NCBI GenBank assembly: GCA_035998215.1
Contig: DASYHU010000025.1
Coordinates: 134,867-198,866, forward strand
Origin: Roseococcus sp.
GTDB lineage: Bacteria > Pseudomonadota > Alphaproteobacteria > Acetobacterales > Acetobacteraceae
Direction of reading: 5' to 3'
DNA: 64,000 bases
Part shown: positions 44,099 to 54,161 of the stretch, one piece after another
How positions within the stretch are numbered: the stretch's first letter is position 1
Layout: each line of letters starts with the position of its first letter
Program-made: the position numbers and the translations under genes
The notes under the pieces: generated by a model
Database searches by the model: none
What the model was told of the DNA's origin: nothing
The model's input: the letters and a program-made list of their open reading frames with translations, nothing else

Positions 44099-45135
44099 TG
44101 GACAAGAAACTCCCCCTCCTGCCCACGACGGTCGTGGGCAGCTACCCCCAGCCCGCCTGGCTCGTGGACCAGGCCAAGCTGCGCGGGCGCCTGGTGCCGC
44201 GCGTGCGCACGCCCGAGGTGTGGCGCGTGGCCGAACCGCTGCTGGAGGAGGCGCAGGATGACGCCACCCTGATCGCGATCCGCGACCAGGAACGCGCGGG
44301 CATCGACATCATCACCGATGGCGAAATCCGCCGCGAGAGCTACAGCAACCACTTCTCCTCCACGCTGGAGGGCATTGACCACGGCAAGCCCGGCGAGGTG
44401 ATCGGCCGTACCGGCAAGCCCACCATCGTGCCGCGCGTGACGGGACGCATCGCGCGCACCCGCGCGGTCGAGGTGCGCGACGTGGAATTCGCGCGCGCCA
44501 ACACGGACCGCGCCATCAAGATCACCCTGCCCGGCCCCTTCACCATGACGGCGCAGGCGAAGAACGAGTTCTATGCCGACGAGGCCGAGCTCGCGATGGA
44601 TTTCGCGGTGGCGCTCAACGCCGAGATCCGTGAACTGAAGGCCGCCGGCGCGGACGTCATCCAGCTCGACGAGCCGTGGATGCAGGCCTTCCCCGAACGC
44701 GCGCGACGCTTCGCCATCCCCGCCATCAACCGCGCGCTGGAAGGCATCGAGGGCACCACCGTCATCCACATGTGCTTCGGCTACGCAGCGATGGTGAGCG
44801 AGAAGCCCTCGGGCTACTCCTTCCTGCCGGAACTGTCGGGCACCACGGCCGCGCAGATCTCCATCGAGGCGGCGCAACCGCGGCTCGACCTCGCCATCCT
44901 GCGGGAGCTGGAGGGCAAGGCGGTGATGCTCGGCGTGATCGACCTCGGCACGCGGGAGGTGGAGACGCCCGAGACCGTGGCGGGCCGCATCCGCGCGGGG
45001 CTGGAGGTGCTGCCACCCGAACGCCTCATCCCCGCGCCCGATTGCGGCATGAAGTATCTGCCGCGCGATGTGGCCTTCGCCAAGCTCCGCGCGCTGTCCG
45101 AAGGTGCAGCGATGGTGCGCGCGGAACTCGGCTGA
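44098..45135 (+). CDS. Cobalamin-independent methionine-synthase-family protein (single MetE C-terminal-like domain)
   Basis: 345 codons from MDKKLPLLPTTVVGSYPQPAWL. IDIITDGEIRRESY ... IQLDEPW ... IHMCFGY ... PDCGMKYL are MetE-like Zn/homocysteine-binding motifs. TGATG overlap with the M20 gene. Confidence 0.8.
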   Translation: MDKKLPLLPTTVVGSYPQPAWLVDQAKLRGRLVPRVRTPEVWRVAEPLLEEAQDDATLIAIRDQERAGIDIITDGEIRRESYSNHFSSTLEGIDHGKPGEVIGRTGKPTIVPRVTGRIARTRAVEVRDVEFARANTDRAIKITLPGPFTMTAQAKNEFYADEAELAMDFAVALNAEIRELKAAGADVIQLDEPWMQAFPERARRFAIPAINRALEGIEGTTVIHMCFGYAAMVSEKPSGYSFLPELSGTTAAQISIEAAQPRLDLAILRELEGKAVMLGVIDLGTREVETPETVAGRIRAGLEVLPPERLIPAPDCGMKYLPRDVAFAKLRALSEGAAMVRAELG

Positions 45136-45213
45136 GCACCACGCCCGCCCGTGTTCGTGGTTGACCCTGCGGGCGAGGTCCTTATCGTCGAGAACAACAA
45201 GGAGGCAGCAAGC

Positions 45214-46734
45214 ATGAGAAGACATCTTCTGGGGGCCGTGGCCATGGCCGCCGCGGTGACGTTCGGCGCACCCGCCGTGCTGGCGCAGCCGGCGCAGAAC
45301 ACCATTCGCTGGTTCTCCGACACCGAGCCCGCGAACATCTCGCCCTACTTCAACTCGGCGCGCGAGGGCGTGATCTTCGGCTTCCATGTGTGGGACGCGC
45401 CGCTCTACCGCAATCTCCGCACCGGCGAGTATGAGAACCATCTCGCGGAATCCGTGCGGGTCATTGACGACACCACGATCGAGCTCCGCATCCGGCAGGG
45501 CATCATCGCGCACAATGGCGACACGGTGGATGCGCGTGACGTGGTGGCCACCGTCCAGTTCGCCCTCGACCCGGCGAACCAGGTGACGAATGGCGGCCGC
45601 GCCCGCTGGCTCGCGGGGGCGGAGCTGGTGGACAACCACACCGTCCGCCTGCGCACCCCGGCCGCCTTCGGCCCCTGGCAGGAATACCTCACCACGCTGC
45701 TGATCATCCCGCGCGCCTCGCTCGCCACCGGGCGGGAGGGCATGGGCCGCAACCCGATCGGCACCGGCCCCTATCGCGTGACGGAACTCAGCGCCGGCCA
45801 GCGCATCGTCTTCGAGCGCTTCGACCGCTATTTCGGCGGCGCCAAGGGCCAGCCCGAGGTGGAGCGCCTGATCTTCCGCCGCGTGCCCGAAGCGAACACC
45901 CGCGTGGCCGAGCTGCTGACCGGCGGGGTGGACTGGGTGTGGCGCGTGACGCCCGACCAGGCGCGCAACCTGCAGCGCCGCCGTGGCATCACCGTGGCCT
46001 CCGGCGGCACGGTGCGCTTCCACTACCTCCAGATGGACGCCGCCGGCCGCACCGGCGAGCAGGACAACCCGATGCGCGACATCCGGGTGCGCCAGGCCAT
46101 CAACCACGCGATTGACCGCGCGGGCATCGTGCGCAACCTGGTGGGCGAGGGCTCCGACCCGCTGCACACCCCCTGCCACCCGGACCAGTTCGGCTGCGTG
46201 CAGGATGGCATCACGCGCTACGACTACGACCCCGCCCGCGCCCGCGCGCTGCTGGCCGAGGCCGGCTACCCCAACGGCTTCACCGTCAACATGATGGGCT
46301 ATCGCGAACGCCCCTGGGGCGAGGCCATCATCGGCAACCTGCGCGCCGTGGGCATCACCGCAAACCTGCAATGGCAGCAATACGACGCCTACCAGCGCGC
46401 GACGCGCGAGGGGCAGGTGCGCCTCGCCTATGGGTCCTGGGGTTCGACCTCACTGTTCGACGTGGCGAACTCCACCTCCTACTTCTTCCGCGGCTCCACC
46501 GACGACATGACGCGGGACCCGGAGGTGATGGCGTTGCTGGAGCGCGGCGACAACAACACCGACCCCGCGGCGCGGCGCGAGGCCTACACGGCCGCCATGC
46601 GCCGCATCACCGAGCAGGCCTACTGGGCACCGCTGTGGACCTTCCCGCTGACCTACGCCTTCAATGCCCAGCTGGAGTTCACGCCGGCGGCCGATGAGGT
46701 GCCGCGCTTCTACTCGGCCCGCTGGCGGCGCTGA
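45214..46734 (+). CDS. ABC transporter substrate-binding protein, family 5 (Dpp/Opp/Nik-like)
   Basis: 506 codons from MRRHLLGAVAMAAAVTFGAPAVLAQ (signal peptide), preceded by AAGGAGG. Family-5 features follow (GTGPYRV ..., ERFDRYFGG ...). Confidence 0.85.
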   Translation: MRRHLLGAVAMAAAVTFGAPAVLAQPAQNTIRWFSDTEPANISPYFNSAREGVIFGFHVWDAPLYRNLRTGEYENHLAESVRVIDDTTIELRIRQGIIAHNGDTVDARDVVATVQFALDPANQVTNGGRARWLAGAELVDNHTVRLRTPAAFGPWQEYLTTLLIIPRASLATGREGMGRNPIGTGPYRVTELSAGQRIVFERFDRYFGGAKGQPEVERLIFRRVPEANTRVAELLTGGVDWVWRVTPDQARNLQRRRGITVASGGTVRFHYLQMDAAGRTGEQDNPMRDIRVRQAINHAIDRAGIVRNLVGEGSDPLHTPCHPDQFGCVQDGITRYDYDPARARALLAEAGYPNGFTVNMMGYRERPWGEAIIGNLRAVGITANLQWQQYDAYQRATREGQVRLAYGSWGSTSLFDVANSTSYFFRGSTDDMTRDPEVMALLERGDNNTDPAARREAYTAAMRRITEQAYWAPLWTFPLTYAFNAQLEFTPAADEVPRFYSARWRR

Positions 46735-46737
46735 TCC

Positions 46738-47655
46738 GTGCTGCGTTTCACCCTACGCCGGCTGCTGCTGGCGCTGGTGGTCGGCATCGCCGTTTCCGCC
46801 ATCGCCTTCATGCTGCTGCGCATCTCCGGCGACCTCGCCATCTCCCTCGCCGGAGAGGATGCAAGCCCCGCGGAAGTCGAACGCATCCGCGAGCAATACG
46901 GCCTGAACCGCCCGATCGTCGTGCAATACGCGGAATGGCTGTGGCGGGCGGTGCAGGGTGACCTCGGGCGATCGCTCTTCTACCCGGAGAGCGTCGCCAA
47001 CCTCATCATGTCGCGGCTTCCGGTGACGCTGACGCTGGCGGGGCTGGGCCTCGTCATCGCGCTGCTGATCTCGCTTCCGCTCGGCATCATTGCCGCCCTC
47101 AAGCGCAACACCTGGGTGGACCGGGGGGCGCTTGGCATCGCGGTGATCGGCCAGGCCATGCCGAATTTCTGGTTCGGCCTGCTGATGATCTTCTTCTTCG
47201 GCCTGGCACTCGGCTGGCTGCCCATCTCGGGCTCCGACACCTGGCTGCACTTCGTCATGCCCGCCATCACGCTGGGCTGGTTCTCGGCGCCGGTGCTGAT
47301 GCGCCTGACGCGCGGCGGCATGGTGGAGGTGATGACCTCCGACTACATCCGGACGGCCCGCGCCAAGGGGCTTCCGGGCCGTGTCGTGGTGCTGAAGCAC
47401 GCGCTGCGCAACGCCATCATCCCCGTGGTGGCGCTGTGCTCCGTGCAGTTCGGGAACATGCTCTCGGGCTCGGTCATCATCGAGACGGTCTTCGCGCTGC
47501 AGGGCATCGGCTACCTGGCCTGGGAGGCCATCTCCCGCCGCGACTTCCCCGTCGTGCAGGGCATCCTGCTGCTGGTCGCGCTGTTCTACGTGATCCTGAC
47601 GCTGGTGGCGGACATCCTGAACGCCTGGCTCGATCCGCGCATTCGCAGGGGCTGA
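46738..47655 (+). CDS. ABC transporter permease (DppB/OppB-like)
   Basis: 305-aa ORF. MLRFTLRRLLLALVV ... YIRTARAKGL ... VIIETVFALQGIGYL are typical DppB motifs. Confidence 0.9.
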   Translation: MLRFTLRRLLLALVVGIAVSAIAFMLLRISGDLAISLAGEDASPAEVERIREQYGLNRPIVVQYAEWLWRAVQGDLGRSLFYPESVANLIMSRLPVTLTLAGLGLVIALLISLPLGIIAALKRNTWVDRGALGIAVIGQAMPNFWFGLLMIFFFGLALGWLPISGSDTWLHFVMPAITLGWFSAPVLMRLTRGGMVEVMTSDYIRTARAKGLPGRVVVLKHALRNAIIPVVALCSVQFGNMLSGSVIIETVFALQGIGYLAWEAISRRDFPVVQGILLLVALFYVILTLVADILNAWLDPRIRRG

Positions 47656-47656
47656 C

Positions 47657-48547
47657 ATGAGCGACATCACCGCAACGCCGCCCCCCATGAAGCTGCGCAA
47701 GAAGCGCGGCCGCATCCTGGGCAATTCCGGGCTGATCCTGGCCGCGACGGTCCTCGGCCTGATCACCCTGATGGCGATCTTCGCGCCGTGGATCGCGCCG
47801 CACGACCCCTATGCGCAGACGTTGGACGACCGGCTGATCCCGCCCGCCTTCATTGATGCCGAAATGGCCGACCCGCGCTACCTGCTGGGCACGGACAATC
47901 TCGGGCGCGACTATCTCTCGCGGCTGATCTATGGCGCGCGCATCTCGCTGCTGATCGGGCTGCTGACCATGCTGGTCTCGGGCGTCATCGGCACGGTGCT
48001 GGGCGTGGCCGCCGGCTATTTCGGCGGGCGCGTGGACACGGTGGTGTCCTTCCTCATCACCACGCGGCTTTCGTTGCCGGTGGTGATGGTGGCACTCGCT
48101 GTCGTGGCCGTGGCCGGCGGATCCTTGCAGGTGGTGGTTCTGGTGCTGGGCCTGCTGCTGTGGGACCGCTTCGCGGTGGTGATGCGAAGTGCGACCATGC
48201 AGTTGCGGAACCTCGAATACGTGGCGGCCGCGCAGGCCGTGGGCTGTTCCACGCCGCGCATCCTGGTGGGCGAAATCCTGCCCAACCTCATCCCCGCGCT
48301 GGTGGTGGTGGCGAGCTACGAGATGGCGCAGGCCATCCTGCTGGAGGCGGCGCTGTCCTTCCTCGGCCTCGGCGTGCAGCCGCCGCTCCCCTCCTGGGGG
48401 CTGATGGTGGCGGAGGCGAAGGAGGTCATGCTCTTCGACCCCTGGGTGATCCTGCTGCCGGGCCTGGCCATCTGTATCCTGGTGCTGGCCATCAACATGC
48501 TGGGCGACGGCATCCGCGACGCCACCGCGCCGGAGGGCCGCTCATGA
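47657..48547 (+). CDS. ABC transporter permease (DppC/OppC-like)
   Basis: 296-aa ORF. LLGTDNLGRDYLSRLIYGARISL ... LSFLGLGVQPPLPSWG are typical DppC motifs. Confidence 0.9.
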   Translation: MSDITATPPPMKLRKKRGRILGNSGLILAATVLGLITLMAIFAPWIAPHDPYAQTLDDRLIPPAFIDAEMADPRYLLGTDNLGRDYLSRLIYGARISLLIGLLTMLVSGVIGTVLGVAAGYFGGRVDTVVSFLITTRLSLPVVMVALAVVAVAGGSLQVVVLVLGLLLWDRFAVVMRSATMQLRNLEYVAAAQAVGCSTPRILVGEILPNLIPALVVVASYEMAQAILLEAALSFLGLGVQPPLPSWGLMVAEAKEVMLFDPWVILLPGLAICILVLAINMLGDGIRDATAPEGRS

Positions 48548-49542
48548 CCACGCCCGTCCTTGATGTGAAGCAGCTCGCGGTGCAGATCCCCGTTGCCGAC
48601 GGCATCCTGCACGCCGTGCGTGACGTGACGCTGACGGTAGCGCGCGGCGAGACGCTCTGCGTGGTGGGGGAAAGCGGCTGCGGCAAATCGCTCACCTCGC
48701 TCGCGGTCATGGGGCTGCTGCCGGGTTCGGCCCGGCGCACCGCGGCCCATATGCGCTTCGCCGGCGAGGACCTGCTGGACATGACGCCGCGCCGCCTGCG
48801 CGACCTGCGCGGCAACCGCATGGCGATGATCTTCCAGGAGCCGATGACCAGCCTCAACCCGGCCTGGACCATCGGCGACCAGCTGACCGAACCCTTCCTG
48901 CGCCACGGCAAGGGCAACCGCCGGGAAGCCACCGACCGCGCCGTCTTCCTGCTGGAGCGCGTGGGCATCGCGGCCGCCGGCCGCCGCCTCGTGCAATACC
49001 CGCACGAACTCTCGGGCGGCCTGCGCCAGCGCGTGATGATCGCGATGGCGCTGATGTGCGGCCCCGACCTGATCCTGGCGGACGAGCCGACAACCGCGCT
49101 CGACGTCACCATCCAGGCCGAAATCCTGCATTTGCTGGCGGAGCTTCAGCGGGAATTCGGCATGGGCCTGCTGCTGGTGACGCACGACCTCGGCATCGTC
49201 GCCCGTGTGGCCCACCGCGTGGCCGTCATGTATGCGGGTGAGGTGGTGGAAAGCGGCCCCACCGTCACCGTCTTCGACGAACCGCGCCACCCCTACACGC
49301 GCGGCCTGATTGACTGCATCCCCATCCCCGCGCGCAGCAGGCCGGGTGTACCGCTGGGCACCATCCCCGGCCTGGTGCCGAGCCTGGTGGGCGGCATCGA
49401 GGGCTGCGCCTTCCGCGAGCGCTGCGCCTTCGCGACCGAACCCTGCGCCCGTCCCGTGCCCGTCACGACCGGCGCGGAAGGCCATGCCTGGCGCTGCATC
49501 CTGCCCTCCGCGGTGCCCTCCCTGCTGGAGAACCCGGCATGA
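48544..49542 (+). CDS. ABC transporter ATP-binding protein (DppD/OppD-like)
   Basis: 332 codons from MTTPVLDVKQL. GESGCGKSLT, LSGGLRQRVMIA, LILADEPTTALD, and the C-terminal oligopeptide-type extension (HPYTRGL). Confidence 0.9.
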   Translation: MTTPVLDVKQLAVQIPVADGILHAVRDVTLTVARGETLCVVGESGCGKSLTSLAVMGLLPGSARRTAAHMRFAGEDLLDMTPRRLRDLRGNRMAMIFQEPMTSLNPAWTIGDQLTEPFLRHGKGNRREATDRAVFLLERVGIAAAGRRLVQYPHELSGGLRQRVMIAMALMCGPDLILADEPTTALDVTIQAEILHLLAELQREFGMGLLLVTHDLGIVARVAHRVAVMYAGEVVESGPTVTVFDEPRHPYTRGLIDCIPIPARSRPGVPLGTIPGLVPSLVGGIEGCAFRERCAFATEPCARPVPVTTGAEGHAWRCILPSAVPSLLENPA

Positions 49543-50528
49543 ACGCCCAGCACCCCATCCTCGAACTGCGCAACGTGGTGAAGCGCTATTCCGTGGGCCG
49601 CGGCATGTTCGCGCCCAAGCGGCCATTGATGGCGGTGGGCGGCGTCTCGCTCGCCGTGCCGCGCGGCCAGGTGCTGGGCCTGGTGGGCGAGAGCGGGTGT
49701 GGCAAGAGCACGCTGGCCAAGATGGTGCTCGGCCTCGAGAAACCCACCGAGGGCGAGGTGCTGATTGACGGCCGCCCCATCGGGCAGTTGGGCCGGCTGG
49801 AACGCGCGCGGCTGGTGCAGCCCGTCTTCCAGGACCCCTATTCCTCGCTGAACCCGCGCAAGACCATCGCCTCCATCGTGGGCCTGCCGCTGGTCGTGCA
49901 TGGCGAGGGAAGTGCCGCCGAACGCGAGACGCGCGTGGAGGAGATGCTGGCGCTGGTGGGTCTCGCCCCACGCCACGCCGCGGCCTATCCCTCGCAGCTC
50001 TCGGGCGGGCAGCGGCAGCGCGTCGCCATCGCGCGCGCGCTGATCCTGAAACCGCAGCTTCTCATCTGCGACGAGCCCACGTCGGCGCTGGATGTCTCGG
50101 TGCAGGCGCAGATCCTGAACCTGCTGATGGATCTGCAATCGCGGCTGGGGCTAACCAGCCTCTTCATCAGCCACAACCTGGCCGTCGTGCAGATGCTCGC
50201 GACCCGTGTGGCGGTGATGTACCTGGGCCGCGTGGTGGAGGAAGGCCCGACCGCCGAAGTCATGGTCAGCGCCCAGCACCCCTACAGCCGCGGCCTGCTG
50301 GCCTCGGTGCTGACGCCCGATCCGCGGCTGGGCCTGCCCGACACGCGGCTGGGCAGCGTCTTCCCGGACCCGCTGGCACCGCCGCCCGGCTGCGCCTTCC
50401 ACCCGCGCTGCCCGCTGGTCTTCGACCGCTGCAAGGCGGAGGCGCCGCAGCTGCGCAACCACCAGGGCGCCTCGCGCGCGGCCTGTCACGCCGCCGAGCG
50501 TGACGCGGTCGCCATGGTTCCGGCCTGA
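49539..50528 (+). CDS. ABC transporter ATP-binding protein (DppF/OppF-like)
   Basis: 329-aa ORF. GESGCGKSTLA, LSGGQRQRVAIARAL, LICDEPTSALD, HPYSRGL. ATGA overlap with the preceding gene. Confidence 0.9.
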   Translation: MNAQHPILELRNVVKRYSVGRGMFAPKRPLMAVGGVSLAVPRGQVLGLVGESGCGKSTLAKMVLGLEKPTEGEVLIDGRPIGQLGRLERARLVQPVFQDPYSSLNPRKTIASIVGLPLVVHGEGSAAERETRVEEMLALVGLAPRHAAAYPSQLSGGQRQRVAIARALILKPQLLICDEPTSALDVSVQAQILNLLMDLQSRLGLTSLFISHNLAVVQMLATRVAVMYLGRVVEEGPTAEVMVSAQHPYSRGLLASVLTPDPRLGLPDTRLGSVFPDPLAPPPGCAFHPRCPLVFDRCKAEAPQLRNHQGASRAACHAAERDAVAMVPA

Positions 50529-50586
50529 GGCTCCACACGGGGTCGCAAGCCGCGCCCTTGGCGATGCCGCCCAGGGCAACCAGGCA

Positions 50587-51846
50587 CTACTTCCAGCGCT
50601 TCAGCCACTCCAGGTCGTGGCAGAGCACGATGTCTCCCATGCCGCCGCGCTTGGTGGTGGTGACGTAGAGGAACCACATCAGCAGTTCCGCATCCCTCAG
50701 CGGCGCGGGGTTGCCGTCATCGCCGAAGGCCACGATGTGCGGGAAGGCGGCGGCCCAGTTCTCCAGCACGCGGCGCGGGTTGGCGCCGGCCATGGCCATG
50801 ATGGTCCAGAGGTTGAACTCGATGTGCACCAGGGTGCGGTAGCGCGCCAGCAGATCGCCGGCGCCGGCCAGCACGGCATCCTCGCCGCCTTCCACATCCA
50901 CCTTCAGCACGTCCAGCCGCTCGCAGCCATGGTCCGCCAGCAGCCGGTCGAGCCGCTGCACCGGCACGCGCAGGACCGTGCGCCCGGCGCCGGCGGCGGC
51001 GCGCTCGCCACCCAGCAGATGGCCGGTCGCGGAGTTGCGCGCATCCGCCATGAACTCGGCTTCGCCGTCGCGCGCGCCGACCGCCATCTCCTCCACACGG
51101 GCGCGCGGCAGGCCGTTCGCCGCGAGGTTGTGCCGCAGATGGTCCGCGTTGACGGCATTTGGCTCGATGGCCAGCAGCACCGCATGGCCGGGTGCGGCCT
51201 GCGCCATGGCCAGCGAGGCCAGGCCGATATTGGCGCCCACATCCATCAGCACCGCGCCCTGCCCGCCCCCGGCCAGGTGGGCCCGGGTGACACGCAGCAG
51301 GGAGGTGACGGAGCTTTCCACCACCCCATGCCGCAGGACACGCCAGTAGGCATCCTCCTCCTGGCCCCGAATCCTCAGGCGGCGCCCGTCCAGCATCACC
51401 TCCGCCTCGCTCGAAGGTGGGCGAGGCGGGGGGGCGCCCATGATCGGGGCCGGCGCCCCGCGCCCGTCGCGCAGCGCGGCATAGGCGGGGCTTTCGAGGA
51501 AGGCCTCGCGCAGCGCGGCACCCGTCGAGCAGAGCACGAGGGTGGCCTCCACCTCCTCCTCTCGCGGCACCTCGCCATGCAGCAGCAATCCGGCGGCGCG
51601 AACGGCCTCGGCATCGAGCGGCTTGTCGGGCCAACTGCCGAGCAACGGGCGGTTCGTGGCCGCCACCTCCTCCGCCTCGCCCGAGCGCGCCAGGTGCCGC
51701 AGCACGGCCTGGGGGTCCCGCAGGGAGGCCCAGTTGGCGATGACCTTGTCGTTTTCCGGATCACGGCCGAGCACCATCCGGTAGGCCCAGCGCACGGCGG
51801 CCACCATGTCGGACTGCGCCACGGGGGTCTGGCTGGCGGCGTTCAT
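50587..51846 (-). CDS. FkbM-family methyltransferase with an N-terminal DUF4214-like segment
   Basis: 419 codons from MNAASQTPV (ATG at 51846). VRWAYRMVLGRDPENDKVIANW is DUF4214-like. VLMDVGANIGLASL ... LKVDVEGGE are FkbM motifs. Confidence 0.7.
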   Translation of the reverse strand: MNAASQTPVAQSDMVAAVRWAYRMVLGRDPENDKVIANWASLRDPQAVLRHLARSGEAEEVAATNRPLLGSWPDKPLDAEAVRAAGLLLHGEVPREEEVEATLVLCSTGAALREAFLESPAYAALRDGRGAPAPIMGAPPPRPPSSEAEVMLDGRRLRIRGQEEDAYWRVLRHGVVESSVTSLLRVTRAHLAGGGQGAVLMDVGANIGLASLAMAQAAPGHAVLLAIEPNAVNADHLRHNLAANGLPRARVEEMAVGARDGEAEFMADARNSATGHLLGGERAAAGAGRTVLRVPVQRLDRLLADHGCERLDVLKVDVEGGEDAVLAGAGDLLARYRTLVHIEFNLWTIMAMAGANPRRVLENWAAAFPHIVAFGDDGNPAPLRDAELLMWFLYVTTTKRGGMGDIVLCHDLEWLKRWK

Positions 51847-51889
51847 GCAACCCGTATCCCTGGGGCGGGGGGGGCTGGTCAAGCGCGCG

Positions 51890-53143
51890 TCACAACGCGC
51901 CCAGCGCCTCGTCGAAAAGGGAAAGCGTGCGGTCCACATCGGCATCGGAGTGCGCGGTGGAGAGGTAGTACTTGCTGTCGCCCTTCATGATGCCACCCGC
52001 GCGCAAATGGCGGTTCACCGCGGCCTGCACGGCGCCATCGGCGCGCAGCGTGTCGCGGTGGCTGCGGATTTCGCCCGCGGCGTAGACCACGTCGAAGAGC
52101 ACCGGCTCACCCACCACCTGGCCTGCCACGCCGCGGCGGCGCAGCGCCTCGGTGAGGCCCGCCATCATGCGGCGCCCGCGCGCGAAGACATCGTCATAGG
52201 CGCCGGGGCGGCGCAGCACGGCCAGCGTGGCAAGCCCCGCCACGGCGGCGACCGGGTTGCCGGAGAGGGTGCCCACCTGCATGAGGAACCCCTCCTCGCC
52301 CACCTTCGCGCGGTCGAAATGCGCCATGATGTCGGCGCGGCCGCAGAGGGCCGCCAGCGGGAAGCCACCCCCGATGATCTTGCCCAGCGTGCAGAGATCG
52401 GGCGTCACGCCATAATAGCCCTGTGCGCCCGAGTAGCCGAAGCGGAAGCCGCAGACGACCTCGTCGAAGATGAGCGGGATGTCGAGGCGCGCGGTCACCT
52501 CGCGGATGGCCTGGAGGAAGCCCGGCACGGGCGGGATGAGGCGCTGGAAGGGCTCCAGGATCACGCCGGCGAGTTCGTCCTGGTGCGCCTCGATCAGCGC
52601 CACGGCGGCGTCCGCGTCGTTGAAGGGGGCGACCAGCACTTCGTCCTGCACGCGGGTGGGAATGCCCGCGCTGTCCGGGATGGGGTGGGGGAAGTTCCCG
52701 GGACGCTTCGGCGCCAGCGACATCAGCGCGTGGTCGCTCATGCCGTGGTAGCCGCCTTCGAACTTCAGGATTTTCTCCCGCCCGCGGAAGGCGCGGACGA
52801 CGCGCATCGCGTACATGTCGGCCTCCGTCCCCGAGGCGAGGAAGCGCACCTGGTCCGCGCAGGGCATGGCGTCCACGATGGCGGCGGCGAGTTCGATGCC
52901 GGCGGGGTTGTTCGCGAAGAAGGTGGTGCCGCGCGGGATCTGCTCCAGCACGGCCGCCGTCACTTCCGGGTGCGCGTGGCCGATGAACATGGGGCCGGAG
53001 CCGAGCAGGTAATCAATATACTCGCGGCCCTCGCTGTCCCAGACATGCCCGCCCTCTCCGCGCACCAGCGCGATGTCGGAGGCCATGTTGCCGAAATGCC
53101 CGCCAGGCAGGACGCGGTGGGCCAGCTGGACCATCTCGTTCAT
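51890..53143 (-). CDS. Class III (GSA-aminomutase-like) PLP aminotransferase
   Basis: 417-aa ORF. LPGGH ... WDSEGREYIDYLLGSGPMFIGHAHP ... ASGTEA ... FDEVVCGFR ... LGKIIGGGFP (PLP lysine). Confidence 0.85.
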   Translation of the reverse strand: MNEMVQLAHRVLPGGHFGNMASDIALVRGEGGHVWDSEGREYIDYLLGSGPMFIGHAHPEVTAAVLEQIPRGTTFFANNPAGIELAAAIVDAMPCADQVRFLASGTEADMYAMRVVRAFRGREKILKFEGGYHGMSDHALMSLAPKRPGNFPHPIPDSAGIPTRVQDEVLVAPFNDADAAVALIEAHQDELAGVILEPFQRLIPPVPGFLQAIREVTARLDIPLIFDEVVCGFRFGYSGAQGYYGVTPDLCTLGKIIGGGFPLAALCGRADIMAHFDRAKVGEEGFLMQVGTLSGNPVAAVAGLATLAVLRRPGAYDDVFARGRRMMAGLTEALRRRGVAGQVVGEPVLFDVVYAAGEIRSHRDTLRADGAVQAAVNRHLRAGGIMKGDSKYYLSTAHSDADVDRTLSLFDEALGAL

Positions 53144-53733
53144 CAGGCGGCGTCCTTCGGCAGCACGGCCTCGCCCAGGGTCTGCATCAGGCGATTGGCA
53201 TTGGCGAACATCGCGACCGACATGGCGATGTCCAGGATCTGCGCATCCTCCAGCCCCTGTTCGCGCAGGCGGGCGATGTCGGCCTCGGTGGCGGCGGAGG
53301 GGGTGGCGGCCAGCTTCACCGCGAAGTCCACGATGGCGCGGGGGCGGGCCTCCATGGGGGTGTCCACGCCATCGGCCATCAGCCGGGCCATGAGGTCAGG
53401 GTCGCCCTTCATCTGCACATAGCGCAGCGCATGGACCGAGGCGCAGTAGGGGCAGCCGTTCAGGCGGGACTCAGCGGTGGCGGCCAGTTCGCGCTCGGCG
53501 CGCGAGGCGCCGCGCGGCCCATACATGATGGTGTTGAACAGCTTCGATCGCTGCCGCAGCACCTCCGCCTCCTGCACGAGCAGTAGGTAGTAGGGGTTTT
53601 CCTTGGCCTTGGGGTGGCTTTCCTCCAGCACCTTGATCTCGTCGGGCGTGGCCTTGGCGAGGTCCAGCACGGGCACCCAGGACGCCCAGTCCAGGCTTTG
53701 CATGGGGAAGCCGAAATCATGGGTGGACGGCAT
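53143..53733 (-). CDS. AhpD/carboxymuconolactone-decarboxylase-fold peroxidase-related protein
   Basis: 196 codons from MPSTHDFGFP (ATG at 53733). ESRLNGCPYCASVHA is the CxxC(xx)H motif of the AhpD-like family. TGATG overlaps on both sides. Confidence 0.75.
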   Translation of the reverse strand: MPSTHDFGFPMQSLDWASWVPVLDLAKATPDEIKVLEESHPKAKENPYYLLLVQEAEVLRQRSKLFNTIMYGPRGASRAERELAATAESRLNGCPYCASVHALRYVQMKGDPDLMARLMADGVDTPMEARPRAIVDFAVKLAATPSAATEADIARLREQGLEDAQILDIAMSVAMFANANRLMQTLGEAVLPKDAA

Positions 53734-54161
53734 CAGGCGCGCTCCAGCAGGCGGAAGGTGGCCAGCATCCGAGCCATGAAGTTCATGTGCGCCACAAGCT
53801 GCGAGAGCATCACCACGTCGCGCGGGACAAGGCCCGCTTCGGCCAGCGCCTGCACCGCGGCGGGCGTCGCTTGGTCGGGGCGCTTCGTCAGCATCTCGGC
53901 ATGGGCCAGCAGGGCTGGCAGGCGGGGTGAGGCGGCGGCGCGGGCGGCGTGGTGCGCGGCCAGGGCCGGCTCGTTGTTCCACTCGGCGACGGCCTGGGCG
54001 ACGGCGTGGCGCTCGGCGGGGGTCAGGCCGCTTTCCCCCTCGAAGATCGCGGCCTCGCTGCCGGCCACGGCGGCGCGCACATCGGGGCGCAGCGCCCGCA
54101 GCCCGTCAAGGCGGCTGCCGGGCTGGATGCGGGCGAGTTCGTCCAGCAGGTCACGCATCAC
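53733..54161 (-). CDS. CMD-domain protein (partner of the adjacent AhpD-like protein)
   Basis: 142-aa ORF, helical, with LTPAERHAVAQAVAEWNNEP ... It recalls the paired CMD-domain/peroxidase gene sets described in TIGRFAMs (recollection, unverified). GTG at 54161 or ATG at 54158. Confidence 0.6.
   Translation of the reverse strand: MMRDLLDELARIQPGSRLDGLRALRPDVRAAVAGSEAAIFEGESGLTPAERHAVAQAVAEWNNEPALAAHHAARAAASPRLPALLAHAEMLTKRPDQATPAAVQALAEAGLVPRDVVMLSQLVAHMNFMARMLATFRLLERA

Noticed and set aside
51867-51874. A G8 homopolymer (C8 on the coding strand) 21-28 nt upstream of the FkbM methyltransferase start, considered as a possible phase-variation tract.
   Set aside because: G/C runs of this length are not unusual in DNA this GC-rich; another G8 lies inside cobC at about 19974-19981. 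There is no evidence of length polymorphism from a single sequence.
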